Positions 61,524 to 71,428 of a DNA stretch of 124,000 bases are shown here, in pieces. The DNA lies in assembly GCF_000737315.1 (NCBI RefSeq), contig NZ_JMCB01000005.1:144001-268000 (forward strand), in the 5' to 3' direction. Under the pieces are notes generated by a model. It did no database searches. It was not told the DNA's origin and saw nothing but the letters and a program-made list of their open reading frames with translations. How positions within the stretch are numbered: the stretch's first letter is position 1; each line of letters starts with the position of its first letter. The position numbers and the translations under genes were made by a program. Source of the DNA: Hyalangium minutum (GTDB lineage Bacteria; Myxococcota; Myxococcia; Myxococcales; Myxococcaceae).

Positions 61524-62588
61524 ATGGCTCTCTACCCCGTCATCATGGCCGGCGGCTCTGGCACCCGGTTCTGGCCCCTGTCCCGCCAAGCCCGTCCCAA
61601 GCAGTTCCTTCCTTTGGCCTCGAAGTATCCCCTGATCACCGACACGGCGGCCCGCCTCAAGGGGTTGGCCTCGATGAAGAACCTCTTCATCGTCTGCGGC
61701 CCCCTCCATGCCAAGGCCGCCTCCAAGCTCGTGAAAGGCCTGCCGAAGCAGAACCTCCTGGTAGAGCCGGTGGCCCGCAACACCGCCCCGGCCATCGCGC
61801 TCGCCACGGTGCAGGTGGCCGCCCGGGACCCGAAGGGAATCCTCATCGTCCTGCCATCGGACCACCACGTGGCCAACCCGGAGGGGTTCCGGCAGACGCT
61901 CGCGGAGGCTGCCCGGGTCGCCGAGGCCGGCCACATCGTCACCCTGGGCATCAAGCCCCACCGCCCCGAGACGGGCTACGGCTACATCCAGCTCGGCGAG
62001 CCCCTGGAGGGCGGCGGCCGCAAGGTGAAGGCCTTCAAGGAGAAGCCGGACCTGGAGACGGCCCGGGGCTACGTGGACTCCGGTGAGTTTCTCTGGAATG
62101 GCGGCATCTTCGTCTTCCGCGCGGACGTGATGCTGGAGGCCTTCGCCAAGCACATGCCCGAGATGAAGAAGGGCCTGGAGGCCCTGCGGGCGGCGGCGGG
62201 CAAGCGCACCTTCTCCTCGGTGCTCAAGCGCGTCTTCCCGAAGCTGCCCTCCATCTCCATCGACTACGGCGTCATGGAGAAGGCCGAGAACATCGCCGTG
62301 CTGCCCGGGGACTTCGGCTGGTCGGACGTGGGCTCCTTCTCCGCCATCCCCGAGGTGCGCCCCGCGGACGCGCGCGGCAACGTCATCTCTGGCCCCGAGT
62401 CCATCGTCGTGGACTGCGATGGGTGCGTGGTCCTCGGGGACAAGCGCCCGCTGGCCGTGGTGGGCATGAAGGATGTGGTGGTGGTGGACGCGGGTGATGC
62501 GGTGCTCGTGGTCCCCAAGGACAAGAGCCAGGACGTGCGCAAGGTCGTCGAGGCCCTCAAGGCGGGCAAGCGCCAGAAGTTCCTGTAG
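61524..62588 (+). CDS. manC: Mannose-1-phosphate guanylyltransferase
   Basis: AGGSGTRFWPLSR..PKQFL, RNTAPA, TGYGYI and WSDVGS. Confidence 0.92.
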   Translation: MALYPVIMAGGSGTRFWPLSRQARPKQFLPLASKYPLITDTAARLKGLASMKNLFIVCGPLHAKAASKLVKGLPKQNLLVEPVARNTAPAIALATVQVAARDPKGILIVLPSDHHVANPEGFRQTLAEAARVAEAGHIVTLGIKPHRPETGYGYIQLGEPLEGGGRKVKAFKEKPDLETARGYVDSGEFLWNGGIFVFRADVMLEAFAKHMPEMKKGLEALRAAAGKRTFSSVLKRVFPKLPSISIDYGVMEKAENIAVLPGDFGWSDVGSFSAIPEVRPADARGNVISGPESIVVDCDGCVVLGDKRPLAVVGMKDVVVVDAGDAVLVVPKDKSQDVRKVVEALKAGKRQKFL

Positions 62589-62636
62589 GCGCTTGCCCGA
62601 AGCTCGTCGTCCGGCGCTCCCGGTCCGGAGCGCGGC

Positions 62637-64193
62637 TCACGGCTGCAAGTCGGTGCCCTGCTCCGTGCCGACCAGCAGCCGCCACACGTCCAGCCGCTCC
62701 GGGCCGGAGAGCGGGAGGGCCTCTCCGATGAACACGTGGTGGTAGTCCGCGAAGGCGCCGCGGAACTTCTCCTGGATGCCATCCATGGACAGGGCGCCGT
62801 TGCGGCCGTAGTGGTTCTCTCGCATGACGAGCCCCGGGCGGTACGACTCGCGCCCGAGCCGCAGGAGCACCGGCTGCAGGATGCTGGGCTTCACGCGGTT
62901 GTGGCGGACCGTCAGCCCATTCACCACGATGCCATCGGCCGCCAGCATCAGCCCGTAGCTGGCCGTGCGCTCCACCACGTTGTCGACCACCTGTACGTTC
63001 TGGCCGCCCGCCACGCGGATGCCCTGGCCGTTGTGCAGCGGGAAGTTGCGAATGTCCTGGATGGTGTTGCCCTCCAGCCGGATGTTCCGCGGGGCCGCCT
63101 CCTGGCTCAGCACCGAGATGCCTCGGCCCGCCCGGGAGATGTCATTGCCCTGGATGAGCACGTCCCGAGCGCCCCGCGAGATGAGCACCGCCTCGCCGGC
63201 CGACGAGCCCACGGCGCGGATGCTCACGTTGGGGAAGCCGTACATCTGGTTATCGCGCACGGTGACGCCGTAGCACTGCTTGATGTCCACCCCGTTCTCG
63301 CCGTTGTCGTGCAGCTCGTTGCCCTGGACGAGCAGGGTCTCCGCCGGAGCCGAGCCCGCCTGGCACTGCACCGAGTCCCCCGAGTTGTGGTGGATGTTGT
63401 TGTTCTGGATGGTGATGTTGCGCGACGGGCCCACCACGACGATGCCGTGCGAGTCATCCGCCGGCTTGATGAAGTGGTGGATGAGGTTGTCCTCGATGGT
63501 CACGTTCCGGGCGCCCTGGACGATGATGCCCGCTCCGGCTCGACCATCGCGCAGCTCGCTGTGGGCCAGGCGCGAGCCGTCCGCGCCCACGTGGAAGACG
63601 ATGGCGGCCATGGGCGCCTCGTCCACGTCCAGGTGCAGGTTCTCCAGGTTCCAGTTCCCGCGCACGAAGATGAGCGAGCCTGGGGCCCGGTTGGCGGGCT
63701 TGAGGGTGGGTCGTGCCGTGCCCTCGCCGCGAATGGTGACGGGAGCGGCGCCCGAGCCCCGGGACTCCAGGACCAGCGTCTCCGAGTACGTCCCCGCCAT
63801 GACGCGAATGACATCGCCCGCCCGCGCGAGCGAGGTCGCCCGTGCGATGGTGCGCAGCGGCAGCGCCTGCGTGCCCAAGCCCACGTCCGAGCCCTTCATG
63901 CTCACGTACCAGCTGCGCGAGGTATTCTGCGAACCCCCTGAGCCGCCGTTCGCCGGAGGAGCTTCATCGGACGGGGCCTGCGGAGACTGGCTCTGCGGCG
64001 GCGGCGGGCTCTCCTGAGCGGGGGGGCTCGTGGGAGACTGCACCCCGGAGCCGGCCTGCGCCCCCAGGTCCGACGGATCCTGGGTGAACCGTTGCTCCAT
64101 CAACAGCGAAGGCTCACAGGCACTGAGGAGCAACCCCGTGAGTACGCCGCATGCCCCCTGGAAGGTGCGTCCGCTGCTTTCCCTACGTTTCAT
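62637..64193 (-). CDS. Right-handed beta-helix (pectin-lyase-like, DUF1565-type) lipoprotein
   Basis: Lipobox LSAC; G..ALPLRTI; repeated N-x-I-x-x-N-x-I motifs. Confidence 0.75.
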   Translation of the reverse strand: MKRRESSGRTFQGACGVLTGLLLSACEPSLLMEQRFTQDPSDLGAQAGSGVQSPTSPPAQESPPPPQSQSPQAPSDEAPPANGGSGGSQNTSRSWYVSMKGSDVGLGTQALPLRTIARATSLARAGDVIRVMAGTYSETLVLESRGSGAAPVTIRGEGTARPTLKPANRAPGSLIFVRGNWNLENLHLDVDEAPMAAIVFHVGADGSRLAHSELRDGRAGAGIIVQGARNVTIEDNLIHHFIKPADDSHGIVVVGPSRNITIQNNNIHHNSGDSVQCQAGSAPAETLLVQGNELHDNGENGVDIKQCYGVTVRDNQMYGFPNVSIRAVGSSAGEAVLISRGARDVLIQGNDISRAGRGISVLSQEAAPRNIRLEGNTIQDIRNFPLHNGQGIRVAGGQNVQVVDNVVERTASYGLMLAADGIVVNGLTVRHNRVKPSILQPVLLRLGRESYRPGLVMRENHYGRNGALSMDGIQEKFRGAFADYHHVFIGEALPLSGPERLDVWRLLVGTEQGTDLQP

Positions 64194-64287
64194 GCTTGTC
64201 CCCTCGCCCCCCAGCCCTATTGAGGCGGGCCGAAAATCGACACGACCCGCTTGGTCAACAAGGGGACTGCCCTGGGGAGAAGTGGGA

Positions 64288-65145
64288 TCAGGTGCCCGCG
64301 CACTGTCTGCGGCGGGACAGCCAGAGCGCCACGGCCACCCACGCGGCGGGGGCAAGCAAGGGAGCAGCCGAGCACCCCTTGGATTCATCACCTGGGCCGG
64401 AGCACTCGGGCACATTGGTCACCTGGACCTGGAGGGTCTCGGTGGCAGGGCCCAGGTTTCCGGCGGCGTCACGGGCTCTGAGGCGGACGTTGAAGCGCCC
64501 CGTGCCGTGGGAGGGCAGGGCCGCGACACAGATGCCACCGGGAGCGAGGGAGACCTGGAGCTTGCCGTTGGTGAGGATGGCGCTCGGTGCTCCCATCATG
64601 GTGGGCTTGCTGTTCAGGTCCGGCTCGGTATCCGCCGAGCTGATCCAGATGTCGTAGCCGAGCTCGCCGCGCGGCGTGCGGTCATCCGTGGGCGAGGGGA
64701 ACTCGATGGAGACGTCTCCGATGGAATCCTTGCCGGTGCGCGCCACCATCACGGTGGGCTCGGAGATGGCGGAGGGCGGCGTGGTGTCGGGTCCACCCGC
64801 GACAGACACCGTATACGACTCGGAATCTGTAGCGAGCGTGTAGCTCCCTTCGGGCAGCGGGGCCGAGGGCGTGACCAGAACGCCTCCTCTCTCGTCGGCG
64901 TCCGCAGTGATGGTGCTGGGGATCTCCTGGCCCATGGAGCCGCGCAGCGCGACCTGGGTGGCGTCGATCCGATAGCCCTGGCTTGCGTGCGCGACGATGG
65001 CCGGGTTGGAGGGGAGAGGTGGGGCTTGGTACTTCGGGTAGATGCGCACGATGGGGAGAGGGGACTCGGCGGACGCGGCTTGTGCGGCCAGCAGCACGGC
65101 GAGGCACGGCAGGCGAAGGGCAGGGGCGAGCTTTCTTAGGAGCAT
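64288..65145 (-). CDS. Surface protein with MYXO-CTERM-like sorting tail
   Basis: Signal peptide; C-terminal GCSAAP + hydrophobic helix + RRR; FnIII-like VRLRARDAAGN. Confidence 0.6.
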   Translation of the reverse strand: MLLRKLAPALRLPCLAVLLAAQAASAESPLPIVRIYPKYQAPPLPSNPAIVAHASQGYRIDATQVALRGSMGQEIPSTITADADERGGVLVTPSAPLPEGSYTLATDSESYTVSVAGGPDTTPPSAISEPTVMVARTGKDSIGDVSIEFPSPTDDRTPRGELGYDIWISSADTEPDLNSKPTMMGAPSAILTNGKLQVSLAPGGICVAALPSHGTGRFNVRLRARDAAGNLGPATETLQVQVTNVPECSGPGDESKGCSAAPLLAPAAWVAVALWLSRRRQCAGT

Positions 65146-65289
65146 GCCCAACGCGGTAGCAGGGGCTGTGCCACCTTCACGGCTCGCGGGCTGGCAGAGG
65201 CGCTCATGTGGATGCGCGCTGGGGAGCGCCCCTGCCACCTGTGTCGGAGGCTCGCGGATTTCTGAGTCAGCGAGTCCTCCAGAGCAGCC

Positions 65290-67068
65290 TCACTCCTCCT
65301 CGGGCGGGGCCTCCATGTAGTCCGGCGCGTGGATGCCCAGCAGTGCGAACGCGCTCTTCAGCGTCTGCTTCAGCGCCGCCACCAGCGCCAGACGGCCCTG
65401 CGTCTTCTCCACATCCGTGCTGATGATCGGGTCCGACTTGTAGCGCGTGTAGTAGCTGTGGAAGTCGGTGATGAGCTCCTGGCAGAAGTACAGCACGTGG
65501 TGCGGCTCCAGCCGCTCCGCCGCGCTCGCCACCACGTCCGGCAGCTGGCTCATCTTCTTCAGCATCGCCAGCTCCTCAGGCAGCGTCAGCCGCGCCAGCT
65601 GCGCCTCCGTCACCTGAGCCACCCCGACGAACGGCTGACCCTTCTCCGCCGCCTTCTTCAGGATGCTCGCGCACCGCGCGTGGCCGTACTGGAAGTAGAA
65701 GACCGGGTTCTCCTTCGATTGCTCCTTCACCTTGTCCAGGTCGAAGTCGAAGCGCGAGTTCGCCGTCTTCATGAGGAACAGGAACCGGCACACGTCCGGC
65801 CCCGCCTCGTCGATGAGGTCCTCCAGCTCGAACACCGTGCCCTTGCGCTTGCTGACCTTCACCTCCTCGCCGCCCCGGGTGATGCGGACGATCTGCACCA
65901 GCAGGAACTCGAGCTTCTTCGGATCCAGCCCCAGCAGCGTGACACCCGCCTTGATGCGCGGCGTGTGGCCCGCATGGTCCGCGCCGAGCACGTCGATGAT
66001 CCGGTCGAAGCCGCGCTCGTACTTCTCCTTGTGGTACGCGAGGTCCGCCGTCAGGTACACCGGCGTGCCGTCGTGCCGCAGGATGACCCGGTCCTCGTCA
66101 TCCCCGTGCTGGCTCGTCTGCAGGAACAGGCCGCCCTTCTGCCGATCCGCGTAGTGGGCCGCCTTGCTCTCCTCGTTCCGGACCTTCTCGGTGTCGCGCC
66201 GGGCCTCGGTCGCCTCGTACGTCACCCCGCGCTGCTTGTACTCCTCAGCGACGGCCTTCACCTTGCCCGCCGCGTGCAGCGAGGCCTCGCTGAAGAACAC
66301 GTCGTGCCGGATGTTCGCTTTCTCCAGGCTCACCTTGATGTTCTTCAGGTTCTCCCGCACCGCCACCGCGATGGCCGGTGCCAGCCACTCGGACTCCGAC
66401 GCCTTCAGGTACTTGTCCCCCACCTCGTCCCGCCACGTCTTCGCGATGTCGATGACGTACTCGGCCGGGTACTCGCCCTCGACCAGCTGCACCTGCTCGC
66501 CAAAGAGCTGCCGGTAGCGCTTGTGCACCGTCCGCCCCAGCGTCTCCACCTGCTTGCCGTAGTCATTGATGTAGAACTCGCGCGTCACGTCGTGCCCGGC
66601 CGCGTCCAGCAGCCGCGACACCGCGTCGCCCATGAAGGCTCCGCGCGCATGGCCGATGTGCACCGGCCCCGTCGGGTTCGCCGAGACGAACTCCACCATC
66701 ACCCGCTTGCCCGTCGACTTGGCCACCCGGCGCCCGAACGTGTCCCCGGCTTGCAGCACCTCGCGCGCCACGTCCTGGATGACCTTCTGCTTCAGCGTGA
66801 AGTTCAGGAAGCCCGGGCCCGCCACCTCCACCTTCTCGACGATGCCCTCCTGGTCCACCAGCCCCTTCACGAGGGCGTTGGCGATGTCGCGGGGCGGCTT
66901 GCCCTCTGGCTTGTTGAGCAACAGGGCCACGTTCACCGCCCAGTCGCCGTGGGCCGGGTTCTTGGGCGGCTCCACCGTGTAGTGGGGCGCCTGCTCCAGC
67001 TTGAGCGTGCCGGCCGCCTTCAGCGCCGCGAGCGTTGCATCGATGAGTGCGAAGACCTTCTGCCGCAT
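65290..67068 (-). CDS. argS: Arginine--tRNA ligase
   Basis: SANPTGPVHIGH, GADH, SKRKG and YGHAR. Confidence 0.96.
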   Translation of the reverse strand: MRQKVFALIDATLAALKAAGTLKLEQAPHYTVEPPKNPAHGDWAVNVALLLNKPEGKPPRDIANALVKGLVDQEGIVEKVEVAGPGFLNFTLKQKVIQDVAREVLQAGDTFGRRVAKSTGKRVMVEFVSANPTGPVHIGHARGAFMGDAVSRLLDAAGHDVTREFYINDYGKQVETLGRTVHKRYRQLFGEQVQLVEGEYPAEYVIDIAKTWRDEVGDKYLKASESEWLAPAIAVAVRENLKNIKVSLEKANIRHDVFFSEASLHAAGKVKAVAEEYKQRGVTYEATEARRDTEKVRNEESKAAHYADRQKGGLFLQTSQHGDDEDRVILRHDGTPVYLTADLAYHKEKYERGFDRIIDVLGADHAGHTPRIKAGVTLLGLDPKKLEFLLVQIVRITRGGEEVKVSKRKGTVFELEDLIDEAGPDVCRFLFLMKTANSRFDFDLDKVKEQSKENPVFYFQYGHARCASILKKAAEKGQPFVGVAQVTEAQLARLTLPEELAMLKKMSQLPDVVASAAERLEPHHVLYFCQELITDFHSYYTRYKSDPIISTDVEKTQGRLALVAALKQTLKSAFALLGIHAPDYMEAPPEEE

Positions 67069-67216
67069 GGGGATTTCTTCTCCGAGAACAAGCCTAAAGA
67101 CGGTGCAATGTAGGCAGTTTTGACACGGGGTTCACGGCTTCCGTGAAGCTTCTGGCGCCTGCCGTACTCCAGGTACCTTGACGGAGGCATTCGCCCTCCT
67201 CATTCTGCCGCGCCTC

Positions 67217-67858
67217 ATGCCCGTCCTGCGTGGAGCTGTCACCTTCTCCCGCTTCCTCGTCGAGCCCGACAAGGAAGCCCCCGCGGACCTCAAGCGCTCG
67301 CTCTCCCGCGCGCTCAAGGCCCGTGCCTTCGCCCCCATTGATCGCCGCGCCGAGGAAGAGCGCGCCACCGGCTTCGTGGAGCTCGAGAACTCCGACGGTA
67401 CCGAGTTCGCCGCTGGCAGCATCTTCTATGGTGAGTACGCCCTGTTCGCCTGGCGCGTCGACACCATCAAGATCCCCGGCCCCGTCCTCAAGGCCGAGGT
67501 GGAGAAGTGGGCCGCCGCCTTCGAGAAGGAGAAGGGCCGTCCCCCCAGCCGCGGCGAGAAGAACGAGAACAAGTCCTCCGTGCGCCAGCTGCTCCGCAAC
67601 CGCGCCGTGCCCCTCACCAAGGTGCACGACATCAGCTGGAACCTGAAGACCCAGCAGCTGCAGATCTGGGCCGCCTCGCGCAAGGCCGTGGAGGAGGCGA
67701 TGGCCGGTGTGGAGACCGCCTTCAAGGTGAAGCTCATCCCGCTCGTGCCGGCCGCCGTGGCGCAGCGCACGGGCATCGACGATTCGGCCTTGGGGCCCAC
67801 CGCCGAGCTGATCGGCATGGAGCTGAAGGCGGAGGAGGTGAGCCATGGGGAAGCGTGA
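67217..67858 (+). CDS. RdgC-like protein (N-terminal half)
   Basis: GFV, WRVDTIKIPGPVLK and GRPPSRGEK motifs as recalled for the RdgC N-terminus. Confidence 0.6.
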   Translation: MPVLRGAVTFSRFLVEPDKEAPADLKRSLSRALKARAFAPIDRRAEEERATGFVELENSDGTEFAAGSIFYGEYALFAWRVDTIKIPGPVLKAEVEKWAAAFEKEKGRPPSRGEKNENKSSVRQLLRNRAVPLTKVHDISWNLKTQQLQIWAASRKAVEEAMAGVETAFKVKLIPLVPAAVAQRTGIDDSALGPTAELIGMELKAEEVSHGEA

Positions 67859-68519
67859 GCAGGCCCGGGAGGAGGCCGCCTTCATGCGCGGCGATGTCGG
67901 CGTCGACGGAGGCGCCACCGAGGAGAAGAAGGACACCGCCGAGGTGGAGCGCGACAAGGCCCGCGAGGCGCTTCTGCGCGGCAAGGCGTACCTGGGCCGC
68001 GAGTTCCTCACCTGGCTGCTGTGGCGCTCGGAGTCCGGCGACCCCATCACCGAGTTTGAGAAGTTGGGACTCACCGTCCTCTTCACCGGCCGCGTGGTGC
68101 TCAAAGGCGTCAGTGGCGATGTGACGGAGCTGTCCGCCCGTGGCGCCATGGCCCCGTACTCGGAGCAGGTGCGGCATTCGCTGGACCGGGGACTGCTCGT
68201 CCACCAGGCCCGGATGCTCCTCACCCACGGCGAGAAGGCCTATGAGGTGACGCTGGATGCCGAGTTCCTCGACGTCCGCGCCGCCAAGCTCCCGGAGCTG
68301 ATGAGCGAGGAGGATGACTCGCGCACCTCCGAGCGCCTCTTCCTGGCCGAGCAGCTCTCCGCGCTGATCCACGCCCTGGTCGAGGCCTTCATCGCCGTGC
68401 GCGCGGGCAAGGCCTGGAGCAAGCAGATCGTCCCCGCCATGAAGGAGTGGATGCGCGGCGAGGAGGGCACCCGGAAGCAGACCACCCTCCAGCGCGCCGC
68501 CAACGTCCGGAAGCGGTAG
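67845..68519 (+). CDS. RdgC C-terminal-half-like protein
   Basis: LGREFLTWL motif; overlaps the upstream RdgC-like gene. Confidence 0.5.
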   Translation: MGKREQAREEAAFMRGDVGVDGGATEEKKDTAEVERDKAREALLRGKAYLGREFLTWLLWRSESGDPITEFEKLGLTVLFTGRVVLKGVSGDVTELSARGAMAPYSEQVRHSLDRGLLVHQARMLLTHGEKAYEVTLDAEFLDVRAAKLPELMSEEDDSRTSERLFLAEQLSALIHALVEAFIAVRAGKAWSKQIVPAMKEWMRGEEGTRKQTTLQRAANVRKR

Positions 68520-68825
68520 CTCTTCTCGCCCCACGGGGCTGAATCGTGGCGGGCGGGTGATCACCGCTGATCATCCACCCTGCCCCAGCCACCTGGGAAA
68601 AGCCGTAAGTCCTGGAGTCTCTTTTCAGGGCGCCCCCGTAAGAATGACAGCCGCCGCGCCCCGGTTTCGCGGGCGCACTCGCTGCTTCGCGGGGTTCGAA
68701 CGTCCGCCAGCCCACGCCTGGGCTCTGCACGAAGGTTGCAACACTCCCCGGTGCAGAAGTCCCGAGGGGCCCACGTGGGGGTGGCGTCGATGGGGTGCGT
68801 TCGAGCCCGAGAAGAGGTGGAGTCC

Positions 68826-70601
68826 ATGGTTGGCCAGCGTCACGGTCCCCTCATTCTGGAGCGCATGCTGGGTGTCGGCGCCATCGGCTCCGTGTACCTC
68901 GCCATGCATCCGGCGACCGGTAAGCGGTTCGCCCTGAGGCTCCTCCATCCGCATCTGGCGGCCAATCCCGTGGTGCGCTCGCGCTTTCTCGTCGAGGCCC
69001 AGGCCGCCAGCCGCGTCATCCACCGCAACGTCGCGCGCGTGCTGGATGTGCGCGTGGGGCCCGCGGACCTGCCCACGCTCCTCATGGAGTACGTGGAGGG
69101 AGAGCGCCTGTCCTTCATGCCCGTGCCGTTCTCGCCCACCGAAGTGATGAGCCTGCTCATCCAGGTGCTCGAGGGGCTCGAGGCCGCGCACGCCCGCGGC
69201 GTGGTGCACTGCGATCTCAAGCCGGACAACCTCATCCTCACGCGCGACACGCACGGCGAGCGGCAGGTGCAGGTGCTCGACTTCGGCATGGCCAGTGTCC
69301 TGGCCTCGTGCTTCTCGCAGGAGGAGATTGCCTCGGGCGTCGTCCTGGGCTCGCCCGCGTACATGGCGCCCGAGCAGTGGGTGACCACCGCCGCGGACAC
69401 CCGGATGGATGTGTATGCGCTGGGCGTCATCGGCTACCGGTTGCTCACCGGGCGCCTGCCCTTCGGCCGTGGCCGCCTGGGCGAGGTGCGCCTCCAGGAG
69501 CAGGAGGCCCGGCCGCCCGCGCCGCACACCCTGGACTCGCGCATCTCCAAGGTGCTCTCGCTGGTCATCATGCAGGCGATTGCCTGGCGCCCGGAGGACC
69601 GCTTCCCGAGCTCCCGTGACTTCCAGCTCGCGCTCATCCAGGCCCAGCGCCACATTCCCAAGCCGACGCTCACGCTGCAGCCCGTCGCGCCGCGCACCCA
69701 GGAGCCCGCGGGCCTGCAGGTGCGCGTGGCGGGCCTCGGGAGCTCCGAGCCCCGCGCCGTGCAGGCCAGCGACGTCACCAGCGAGGGCCTCTTCATCGCC
69801 TACGAGGGGGCGCCGCCTCCGCTCGCGGCGCGGCTGGCCCTGGAGCTGTCCTTCCACGGGAAGACGCTGCCGGCTGCCGGGGACGTGGTGCGCCATGTGT
69901 CCCAGGACGAGGCCCGCGCCTGGAGCGTCTCCGCGGGCTTCTTCCTCCACTTCGTCGAGCCCTCACCGGAGCTGAGCGCCCTGGTGGCCCAGGTGCGCGC
70001 CAACAACGGCGAGCCGCCCCCGGATCCCGAGCTGGCTCAGCTGCTCTCGCGCACCGCGGCGCTCGGCAAGGATCCCTACATCTTCCTGGGGCTGCCGGAC
70101 TCGGCCAGCTTCGATGAGGTGCGTCAGCGCGCGGAGACGGCGCTGCGCCGCGTGGAAGTCTTCTGGAGCCGTCCGCTTCCGGCGAACCAGCGGCGGGATC
70201 TGGAGATGCTGCGCGCCCGGGTGGATGCGGCCCGGCGCACGCTGGGAGATCCGCTCACGCGCGCCAGCTACGACGCCACCAAGGGCAACGCGCACGGCAT
70301 CGCCCGCTGCATCCTCGCAGGGCTCTCGGACGAGGCGGTGGGACCCATCCGCCGGGCGTTCCTCGACGCGCGGCCGGGCTCCGAGGCTCGCGCGCGCTCG
70401 CTCTTCATCCAGGCCCGGAGCCTGGAGGCGCAGCACGCCCTGCAGCAGGCGGTGGATTGCTACGGCCAGGCGCTGGCGCTGGATCCGTTGCACCTGGCCG
70501 CCCAGCGCCACTACTGGGCGCTGCGCCGGCATCTGCGCCCCATGACCATCTCGGTCCCTACAATCAACCCCGGGAGGAGCCCCGAGGCGGTGCCGCGCTA
70601 G
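68826..70601 (+). CDS. Ser/Thr kinase with PilZ-like, J-like and TPR domains
   Basis: [16 protein letters not shown]; DVTSEGLF PilZ-like; DPYIFLGL J-like; [16 protein letters not shown]. Confidence 0.8.
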   Translation: MVGQRHGPLILERMLGVGAIGSVYLAMHPATGKRFALRLLHPHLAANPVVRSRFLVEAQAASRVIHRNVARVLDVRVGPADLPTLLMEYVEGERLSFMPVPFSPTEVMSLLIQVLEGLEAAHARGVVHCDLKPDNLILTRDTHGERQVQVLDFGMASVLASCFSQEEIASGVVLGSPAYMAPEQWVTTAADTRMDVYALGVIGYRLLTGRLPFGRGRLGEVRLQEQEARPPAPHTLDSRISKVLSLVIMQAIAWRPEDRFPSSRDFQLALIQAQRHIPKPTLTLQPVAPRTQEPAGLQVRVAGLGSSEPRAVQASDVTSEGLFIAYEGAPPPLAARLALELSFHGKTLPAAGDVVRHVSQDEARAWSVSAGFFLHFVEPSPELSALVAQVRANNGEPPPDPELAQLLSRTAALGKDPYIFLGLPDSASFDEVRQRAETALRRVEVFWSRPLPANQRRDLEMLRARVDAARRTLGDPLTRASYDATKGNAHGIARCILAGLSDEAVGPIRRAFLDARPGSEARARSLFIQARSLEAQHALQQAVDCYGQALALDPLHLAAQRHYWALRRHLRPMTISVPTINPGRSPEAVPR

Positions 70602-71233
70602 CCCCACGTCACCTCGTACTCGCTGTCCAGAGGTCCAATCGAGCGGGAGCGCACCTGCGGGTGCTTTCCCGTGCTGACCTCCATCACCGCGAGGATGACG
70701 CCCTCGGTGTGGGGCAGGGGGAGGAAGTCGCGCTTGAAGGTGAGCAGGGCGCTCTTGTCCCCGGTCACCGTCATCTTCCGCTCGCCGAAGTTCACCGAGG
70801 CGCGGTAGGCGGCGGGGATGTTGCCCAGCAGCCGGTGAGGAGCACCTCCTGACAGCGAGACCAGCGTCTTGCCCGCCATGGAGTGCACGAAGTCCTGCAC
70901 CGTGGCCATGCCCAGCCGGCGCGAGCACTTCTCCACGTTGTTGCCGAGCAGGGGCGCCAGCACGAGGGTCGCCGCATGGGCCAGCCGGAGGAAGTCCGTG
71001 GCCGGGTAGGTGGCGAAGCTGATGAAGCCCCGCTGGAAGCGTTTGTCCATCAACAGCTGCTGGCAGTGCTTCAGGCCTGACTCGCCGGCCTCCCTCTTCA
71101 CGAGGTTGAAGAGGCTGGTGAAGAACAACCCCCGGAAGTTGTCCTCGGGAGAGGGCAAGGAGAGGTAGCGCGTGTAGAGGGACTCCCCTCCTTCAGAGGA
71201 GGGAGGTTTCACCGAAACGGGGGGCGTGTTCAT
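70598..71233 (-). CDS. DUF2378 / TIGR02265 family protein
   Basis: RGLFFTSLF, ATYPATDFLRL, AYRASVNFGER; myxobacterial family. Confidence 0.75.
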   Translation of the reverse strand: MNTPPVSVKPPSSEGGESLYTRYLSLPSPEDNFRGLFFTSLFNLVKREAGESGLKHCQQLLMDKRFQRGFISFATYPATDFLRLAHAATLVLAPLLGNNVEKCSRRLGMATVQDFVHSMAGKTLVSLSGGAPHRLLGNIPAAYRASVNFGERKMTVTGDKSALLTFKRDFLPLPHTEGVILAVMEVSTGKHPQVRSRSIGPLDSEYEVTWG

Positions 71234-71428
71234 GTGAGGGCGGGGAAGCTCGGGGCTTCAGTATAGCTTCCAACCTGCTGGGTTGGATAGTGGACTCGAG
71301 ATACACCCTGAGGGCCCCGTGTTCCAGGGGCAGGTAAAGTGTTTCCCTGTGCGGTGCTGTCGGCTTCCTCGAAACCATGCGAAGCCCGCGCCAACACGGT
71401 GGCTCAGTGTTTGCTCTGGGCCCTCGGT

